Of a stretch of DNA of 64,000 nucleotides, positions 57,939-64,000 are shown piece after piece. Where the stretch lies: assembly GCA_945861665.1 (NCBI GenBank), contig CAMAVS010000007.1, positions 7,277-71,276 on the forward strand, given 5' to 3'. The translations under genes and the position numbers were made by a program. Origin of the DNA: Chitinophaga pinensis (GTDB lineage: Bacteria > Bacteroidota > Bacteroidia > UBA4408). The stretch's first letter is position 1. Each line of letters begins with the position of its first letter. The notes beneath the pieces are model-generated. The model did not search any database. It was not told the origin of the DNA and was given only the letters and a program-made list of their open reading frames with translations.

Positions 57939-60200
57939 TTATTCATTGTCTCCAAACTCGATATGCTCTTCTTCTTCATCAAACTTATCATACTTTGCGC
58001 AATCCAATTCTATTTTTATATCATCAAAATTCTCAGGCTTTTCAAAATCTCCTTTCGATATTTTTAGTTTTTTATCGGCATATACTTTTTTCATATACAT
58101 TGCCCAAATAGGTAATGCCATTTCAGCACCTTGCCCTTGTGAGGTGTTTCGAAAGTGTACACTTCTATCCTCACAACCAACCCATACGCCTGATACCAAA
58201 TCGGGAGTAATCCCCATAAACCATCCATCGGAATTATTTTGTGTAGTTCCTGTTTTACCAGCAATAGGGTTTGTTAAGCCAAAACGGTAACCTAGACGCG
58301 TAGCTGTTCCATATCCTTGAACAACACCTTTCATTAAACTAATAGTCATATAGGCTGTTTCTTCGCTCAATGCTTCTACCCTTTTAGGTGTGAATTCTGC
58401 TATCACATTCCCATTTCTATCTTCTATATGTGTAATAAAAACAGGCTCTGTCCACACGCCTTGATTTGCAAAAGTTGAATTGGCACCAACCATTTCGTAA
58501 ACCGAAATATCGGGCGTTCCTAAGCAAATAGATGGCACGGCATCCATTTGGCTGGTTATTCCCATTTTGCGTGCAAGGTCAACTACTGCTTGTGCCCCGA
58601 ATTGTTTTAATACGTATGCTGTAATGGTATTAACAGACATCGCCAAACCCTTTTTTAAGGTCATCATTCCTCCGTATTTACCATCGGAGTTGTGCGGAAC
58701 CCAAGTGCCACCTTCTGGCAAATCAAAAGAAACTGGAATGTTAGGAACCTGATAACAAGGGCTCCACCCTTCCTGCATGGCAAGGGTATACACAAATGGC
58801 TTAAAAGTAGAGCCTACTTGACGCTTTCCTTGGCGTACGTGATCGTACTTAAAATGTTTATAGTTAATTCCTCCCACCCAAGCCTTTATATATCCTGTGT
58901 GTGGGTCCATCGACATAAAACCTGTTTGTATAAAATGTTTGTAATACCGCATTGAGTCCATTGGGGTCATTATTGTATCTAAATCTCCTTTCCATTTAAA
59001 AATGGTCATTTCTGTTGGAGTATTAAAATTGGCTATTATTTCCTCGTTACTCTTACCTGCTTTTTTCAATATTCTATAGCGTTCTGAACGCTTCATAGAG
59101 CTATTCATTAAATTGTCTATTTCTTTTTGTGTCATTCGATAAAAAGGAGCATTCTTTACATTTTTCCAATGTTTAAAAAACTTAGGTTGTAGGTCGCCAC
59201 CTACCCATTCTGTTACCGCTTGCTCGGCATAAATTTGCATACGAGAGTCGAGGGTGGTATATATTTTTAGTCCATCTTTGTACAAATCGTATGATGTACC
59301 ATCCGGTTTTTTATTTGTCCTAAAGTATTTTTTTAAATAATCGCGCAAGTATTCTCTAAAATAAGTTGCCGAACCTTGGCTATGATCGTCCGATTGAAAG
59401 TTTAATGTCATCGGTAAATTTTTCAATGAATCAAATGCTTGCTTTGTGATGTATTTGTATTTCATCATTTGTCCCAACACCACATTTCTTCTTTGCAAGG
59501 TTGTATCAACTCGTCTAGTATTATGAGGATTAAATAATGCAGGATTTTTTGCCATTCCTACTAACATTGCAGCCTGTTCAATTTTTAGTGAATCGGGGCT
59601 GGTATTAAAATATATATGTGCCGCCGATTTAATGCCAACTGCATTGTTAACAAAATCAAACTTGTTAAGGTACATTGCAATAATTTCATCCTTAGTATAA
59701 TTGCGTTCTAGTCGGATGGCAATAACCCACTCCTTTAATTTTCTGAGTAAAACTTGTGACTTTGAAAGTTTCTCACGCGGGAAAAGCATTTTTGCCAATT
59801 GCTGTGTAAGTGTACTTCCTCCACCGGCATTATCGTTTCCTACTAATACGCCTTTAATGGATCGAGCCAAAGCTCTTAAGTCGACCCCCGAGTGCGTATA
59901 AAAACGAGCATCTTCGGTAGCTAACAATCCATTTACTAAATATGGTGAAAGACTTTCGAAGCGAATATTTGTACGGTTTTCAATATAATACCTTCCAAGT
60001 GTTTTTTGGTCGGAAGAAATAATTTCGGAAGCTAAATTACTTTTCGTATTTTCAAGTTCCTGTAAAGATGGTAACTCGGCAAAAAATACAATGTAGATGA
60101 AAACACTGGCAATAGATAACACAGGAAGTGATGCGCCTATCCATAACAAGGCAATGTATTTTTTGAATCCGTTTAATTTTACTTCCTTGTCCTTTGCCAT
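57939..60200 (-). CDS. class A penicillin-binding protein 1A (glycosyltransferase + transpeptidase)
   Basis: 753 aa; N-terminal TM anchor; GT51 motifs EDARFYTHSGVD and GGSTLTQQLAK; transpeptidase STFKP/SxN/KTG motifs. Confidence 0.9.
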   Translation of the reverse strand: MAKDKEVKLNGFKKYIALLWIGASLPVLSIASVFIYIVFFAELPSLQELENTKSNLASEIISSDQKTLGRYYIENRTNIRFESLSPYLVNGLLATEDARFYTHSGVDLRALARSIKGVLVGNDNAGGGSTLTQQLAKMLFPREKLSKSQVLLRKLKEWVIAIRLERNYTKDEIIAMYLNKFDFVNNAVGIKSAAHIYFNTSPDSLKIEQAAMLVGMAKNPALFNPHNTRRVDTTLQRRNVVLGQMMKYKYITKQAFDSLKNLPMTLNFQSDDHSQGSATYFREYLRDYLKKYFRTNKKPDGTSYDLYKDGLKIYTTLDSRMQIYAEQAVTEWVGGDLQPKFFKHWKNVKNAPFYRMTQKEIDNLMNSSMKRSERYRILKKAGKSNEEIIANFNTPTEMTIFKWKGDLDTIMTPMDSMRYYKHFIQTGFMSMDPHTGYIKAWVGGINYKHFKYDHVRQGKRQVGSTFKPFVYTLAMQEGWSPCYQVPNIPVSFDLPEGGTWVPHNSDGKYGGMMTLKKGLAMSVNTITAYVLKQFGAQAVVDLARKMGITSQMDAVPSICLGTPDISVYEMVGANSTFANQGVWTEPVFITHIEDRNGNVIAEFTPKRVEALSEETAYMTISLMKGVVQGYGTATRLGYRFGLTNPIAGKTGTTQNNSDGWFMGITPDLVSGVWVGCEDRSVHFRNTSQGQGAEMALPIWAMYMKKVYADKKLKISKGDFEKPENFDDIKIELDCAKYDKFDEEEEHIEFGDNE

Positions 60201-60265
60201 AATTGTTGTAAAATTACGAATTCAATCAAAAATATCTCTTATTTTGTAATAAATAAAACAGCAAA

Positions 60266-61429
60266 ATGCAAAAGAAAATAGTTCTGTTAGGATCGGGAGA
60301 ATTAGGAAAAGAATTTGTAATTGCCGTAAAACGTTTAGGTCATTACGTTATAGCGGTTGATTCGTATAACAATGCACCTGCTCAGCAAGTGGCTGATGAA
60401 CGTGAGGTGATTAATATGCTTGACGGTGCTGCCTTGGATGCAGTTATAGGCAAACACAAGCCTGACATTATTGTTCCGGAAATTGAAGCCATACGTACAG
60501 AACGCTTTTATGATTATGAAAAAAAAGGCATACAAGTTGTCCCCAGCGCTAAAGCTGCTAATTTTACGATGAACAGAAAAGCAATTCGTGACTTAGCAGC
60601 TAGGGAATTAGGGTTAAAAACTGCGAACTATGCATATGCGAATAATTTAGAAGAGCTCATTATTTCTGTTAAAAAAGTAGGTATGCCTTGTGTTATAAAA
60701 CCGTTAATGAGTTCGTCTGGCAAAGGTCAATCAGTAATAAAAACAGAACCCGATATTGAAAAAGCTTGGAATTATGCACAAGCAGGCAAACGTGGCGACT
60801 ACACAGAAGTAATAGCAGAAGCATTTGTTAAATTTAATTCAGAAATCACCTTGCTAACTGTTACGCAAAAAAACGGAATCACCTTATTTTGTCCTCCTAT
60901 TGGACACCGCCAAGAAAGAGGCGATTACCAAGAGAGTTGGCAGCCCGCAGAGATAAGTACTACGCACTTAAAAGAAGCGCAGCAAATGGCCGACAAAGTT
61001 ACTCGAGCACTTACCGGTGAAGGACTTTGGGGCGTAGAATTTTTTTTAGCAGACGATGGAGTATATTTTTCAGAGCTTTCACCAAGGCCACACGATACAG
61101 GTATGGTGACTTTAGCAGGCACACAAAATTTTTCAGAGTTTGAATTACACGCACGTGCCGTATTAGGTTTGCCTATTCCTGAAATAACATTGGAACGTGC
61201 TGGAGCAAGTGCCGTAATTTTAGCAGACAGAGATGGAGTAAATCCCAGTTACAACGGAGTAGAAAATGCGATGGCAAATTTACAAAGTGATATACGTATT
61301 TTTGGTAAACCTACTATGCGTCCATATCGCAGAATGGCAGTAGCATTAGCATACGATATAGTTGGAAGCAATATAGGCAAAGTAAAAGAAAAGGCCATTG
61401 GAATAGCAAAGCTTGTTAAAGTAAGTTAG
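60266..61429 (+). CDS. purT: formate-dependent phosphoribosylglycinamide formyltransferase
   Basis: 387 aa; …[11 protein letters not shown]…[14 protein letters not shown]…[13 protein letters not shown]… collinear with PurT. Confidence 0.9.
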   Translation: MQKKIVLLGSGELGKEFVIAVKRLGHYVIAVDSYNNAPAQQVADEREVINMLDGAALDAVIGKHKPDIIVPEIEAIRTERFYDYEKKGIQVVPSAKAANFTMNRKAIRDLAARELGLKTANYAYANNLEELIISVKKVGMPCVIKPLMSSSGKGQSVIKTEPDIEKAWNYAQAGKRGDYTEVIAEAFVKFNSEITLLTVTQKNGITLFCPPIGHRQERGDYQESWQPAEISTTHLKEAQQMADKVTRALTGEGLWGVEFFLADDGVYFSELSPRPHDTGMVTLAGTQNFSEFELHARAVLGLPIPEITLERAGASAVILADRDGVNPSYNGVENAMANLQSDIRIFGKPTMRPYRRMAVALAYDIVGSNIGKVKEKAIGIAKLVKVS

Positions 61430-61485
61430 TGATATATAAAACTAAAAATATTAACGTTATTCATACATCCTAAACCCAAAGCCAA

Positions 61486-63321
61486 ATGAAATTTCCTTCC
61501 CTTCAATCGCTTGTCAAAAATGCACTCTCAACACTGTTACGTTTCCCTTTGCCAATTGCAGCATCCTTTATAGGAACAGCCGTGGCTATTTATTTAACAC
61601 GCTTAGATTACCAACAAAAAGAATTAACAGAACAGCTTGGGAAAATTGTTATGGTGTGTTCTTTGGCCTTACCACTATTATTTTCTATACATATTTTTAT
61701 TGAGAACAATGTTGGCCTAAGTCAACAAAAGAAAATTGGAATGTTCTCTGTGGCTATTATTTTGTTGGCCTTGTATTATGTTAGTTTATCAGGCAAATTA
61801 GAAGCAACTGAATTTATTCGCTTTTTTGTATTAAACATTGGCTTGCATTTATTGGTTGCGTATGCAGCCTTTATTGGCAAACAGCAAATTAGTGCCTACT
61901 GGCAATTTAACAAAACTTTGTTCCTTCGATTCCTAACTTCTGTATTTTATTCAGGAGTTCTATACCTTGGATTAACACTTGCTATGTTAGCTGTAGATAA
62001 TTTGCTAGGAGTTAAAATAAACGAAAAATGGTATTTGCGTTTATGGATATTTATGGCTGGTATTTTTAATACTTGGTTTCTTTTAGCGGCTGTTCCAAAA
62101 GACATTTCAGCCTTGGAAGAAAATAATGAGTATCCAAAAGGACTAAAAATATTTACACAGTTTGTATTGTTGCCCTTGGTTACTTTATACTTAGCAATAT
62201 TATATGCTTACAGTGGAAAAATATTGGTGTTGTGGAGTCTCCCAAAAGGCTGGGTCTCTTATTTGGTATTGGGCTTTTCTATTTTAGGAATATTATCCAT
62301 TTTACTTATTTACCCCATTCGTGAAAAGCAAGAAAATAGTTGGATAAAAGTTTTTTCCCGTTGGTTTTACCGTGCTTTATTTCCTCTAATTATCCTATTG
62401 GGAGTAGCCATAGGAAAACGTGTAATGGAATATGGAATTACCGAAAATCGTTATTTTATATTGATACTTGCAATGTGGTTAACATCGGTGGCAATTTATT
62501 TTTTAGTGAGCAAAAATAAAAACATCAAATTAATTCCAATAACATTGAGTGTATTAGCATTTATAAGTTGTTTTGGTCCGCTGAGTGCTTTTTCTGTTTC
62601 ACTAAGAAGTCAAGTAAAACAACTGGAGAATTTGCTTACCGATACTCGTATTTTAGTGAATGGTAAAATACAGAAAGGAACAGGAAAAATTGACAAAGAA
62701 AAATCCGTACAAATAAATTCTATAATTAAATATTTAAATAAAACAGACGGTTATAATACACTTCAACCTTGGTTTGACAAAAGTATGGAAGAGCTATTTA
62801 AACCTAAGGAAATAGATGGATATGTAAATAAACCAACAGTAATACTAAGTGCAATGGGTGTTAAGGAAATAGATGAATGGGGTAATGAAGATCGAAATAA
62901 TTTTTATGCGTCCGCGAACTATCAGAATGTGGTAGAAATTTCAGGGTACGATTATATAGTTTCGTATAATGTTAACTATAACAACACTGTAAGTGCTCTT
63001 AATGGATATAAACTTGGAACCGATAGTATTACCGTAAATTATAGACAAAAGAATAATGTATTTACAATAGTTTCAAACAGCAATACGCTTATTGCATTTA
63101 GTCTGAAAGAATTTCTTTCGGGGGTAAAAAATTATTCCGACTCAATGAATCTCAGCAATTATAATGCTCAATTGCCAATGGAAAAAATGAGTTTTTTAGC
63201 TCAAAACGATTCGGTAATGGTGAAAATTGCTTTTAAAAATTTCTCCTGTGATATTGATAGTACCAATGCTTATGCAATCAGTTACGGAGATGCTGATTTA
63301 CTTTACAAGAAAAAGCGTTAA
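61486..63321 (+). CDS. DUF4153-like polytopic membrane protein with C-terminal soluble domain
   Basis: 611 aa; ~10 TM helices over first ~370 aa then Asn/Tyr-rich soluble region; domain assignment from memory only. Confidence 0.5.
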   Translation: MKFPSLQSLVKNALSTLLRFPLPIAASFIGTAVAIYLTRLDYQQKELTEQLGKIVMVCSLALPLLFSIHIFIENNVGLSQQKKIGMFSVAIILLALYYVSLSGKLEATEFIRFFVLNIGLHLLVAYAAFIGKQQISAYWQFNKTLFLRFLTSVFYSGVLYLGLTLAMLAVDNLLGVKINEKWYLRLWIFMAGIFNTWFLLAAVPKDISALEENNEYPKGLKIFTQFVLLPLVTLYLAILYAYSGKILVLWSLPKGWVSYLVLGFSILGILSILLIYPIREKQENSWIKVFSRWFYRALFPLIILLGVAIGKRVMEYGITENRYFILILAMWLTSVAIYFLVSKNKNIKLIPITLSVLAFISCFGPLSAFSVSLRSQVKQLENLLTDTRILVNGKIQKGTGKIDKEKSVQINSIIKYLNKTDGYNTLQPWFDKSMEELFKPKEIDGYVNKPTVILSAMGVKEIDEWGNEDRNNFYASANYQNVVEISGYDYIVSYNVNYNNTVSALNGYKLGTDSITVNYRQKNNVFTIVSNSNTLIAFSLKEFLSGVKNYSDSMNLSNYNAQLPMEKMSFLAQNDSVMVKIAFKNFSCDIDSTNAYAISYGDADLLYKKKR

Positions 63322-63326
63322 CCCAT

Positions 63327-64000
63327 ATGCTTTCAAATACCCAATTAATAAAGCAAGAATGCAAACGTTTGGGATTTGATTATTGCGGTATTTCCAAAGC
63401 CGGTTTTTTGGAAGAAGAAGCCCCTCGACTTGAAGCCTGGTTAAATAATAGAATGCAGGGAGAAATGGGATATATGGAGCGCAATTTTGATAAAAGGCTC
63501 GATCCTAGATTGTTAGTAGACAATGCAAAATCCGTTATTTCCTTACTCCTTAATTATTATCCTAAAAACAAACAAACGATACTAGATTATAAAATATCTA
63601 AATACGCATACGGTGAGGATTATCACGAGGTAATAAAAGAAAAGTTGAATGAGCTACTTCTCTTCATCAAACAAAAATTGGGCGATGTAAATGGTCGCGC
63701 ATTTGTTGATTCGGCCCCCGTGCTTGACAAAGCCTGGGCTAAAAAATCAGGATTGGGTTGGATTGGTAAAAATTCAAATCTTATAAACAAACAAAGCGGT
63801 TCTTTTTACTTTATTGCCGAACTCATAGTTGATATTGACTTGGAATACGATAATGCTATAAAAGATTATTGCGGAACTTGTACAAAATGTATTGATGCGT
63901 GTCCTACGGATGCAATTGTGGAGCCTTATATTGTGGATGGGAGTAAATGCATTTCTTATTTTACGATTGAGCTAAAAGAAAACATTCCGGGGGATATGAA
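63327..64000 (+). CDS. queG: epoxyqueuosine reductase (partial, runs off window end)
   Basis: Own translation from ATG 63327: [60 protein letters not shown]… and downstream [16 protein letters not shown] 4Fe-4S motif. Confidence 0.8.
   Translation, partial: MLSNTQLIKQECKRLGFDYCGISKAGFLEEEAPRLEAWLNNRMQGEMGYMERNFDKRLDPRLLVDNAKSVISLLLNYYPKNKQTILDYKISKYAYGEDYHEVIKEKLNELLLFIKQKLGDVNGRAFVDSAPVLDKAWAKKSGLGWIGKNSNLINKQSGSFYFIAELIVDIDLEYDNAIKDYCGTCTKCIDACPTDAIVEPYIVDGSKCISYFTIELKENIPGDM

Noticed and set aside
1-64000. CRISPR arrays, rRNA genes, IS transposases, toxin-antitoxin pairs, restriction-modification genes
   Set aside because: I scanned for regularly spaced short direct repeats, rRNA-like conserved stretches, DDE/HTH transposase ORFs and small paired ORFs. 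None were found.

Overview
AT-rich (about 35% GC) chromosomal segment. It is almost certainly from a Bacteroidota genome of the Flavobacteriia/Sphingobacteriia/Cytophagia type. The evidence is: at least five proteins with C-terminal type-A T9SS sorting domains, a type-B (gliding-motility-associated) CTD protein paired with a PorP/SprF homolog, TAnnTTTG-like -7 promoter elements, and very little intergenic space. Housekeeping genes recognisable from motifs are an M13 metallopeptidase, metK, secA, an ABC-F ATPase, an aminotransferase, a mannose-1-P guanylyltransferase, hflX, tRNA-Arg(CCT), hemL, methylmalonyl-CoA epimerase, scoAB, PBP1A, purT and queG (partial at the window end). Between these is a strongly accessory, surface-oriented content. 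First, a tightly packed minus-strand operon at 14.8-24.0 kb. It joins a canonical T9SS type-B module (a mini-SprB-like CTD protein, PorP/SprF, and a TPR/TolB/OmpA protein) to two CTD-less fibre-like paralogs, one collagen-like and one phage-tail-fibre-like. These share an N-terminal domain. A bactofilin gene follows. This is the best candidate for an undescribed cell-surface filament system. Second, a 768-bp segment bounded by 23-bp imperfect inverted repeats that carries a start-less orphan T9SS-CTD gene fragment. Third, two paralogous SpoIIE/PP2C phosphatases with different sensor modules and no partner-switching partners. Fourth, large tandem-repeat adhesin-like T9SS cargo genes. Fifth, a frameshift-fragmented membrane-protein pseudogene. 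No CRISPR, rRNA, transposase or integrase was recognised.
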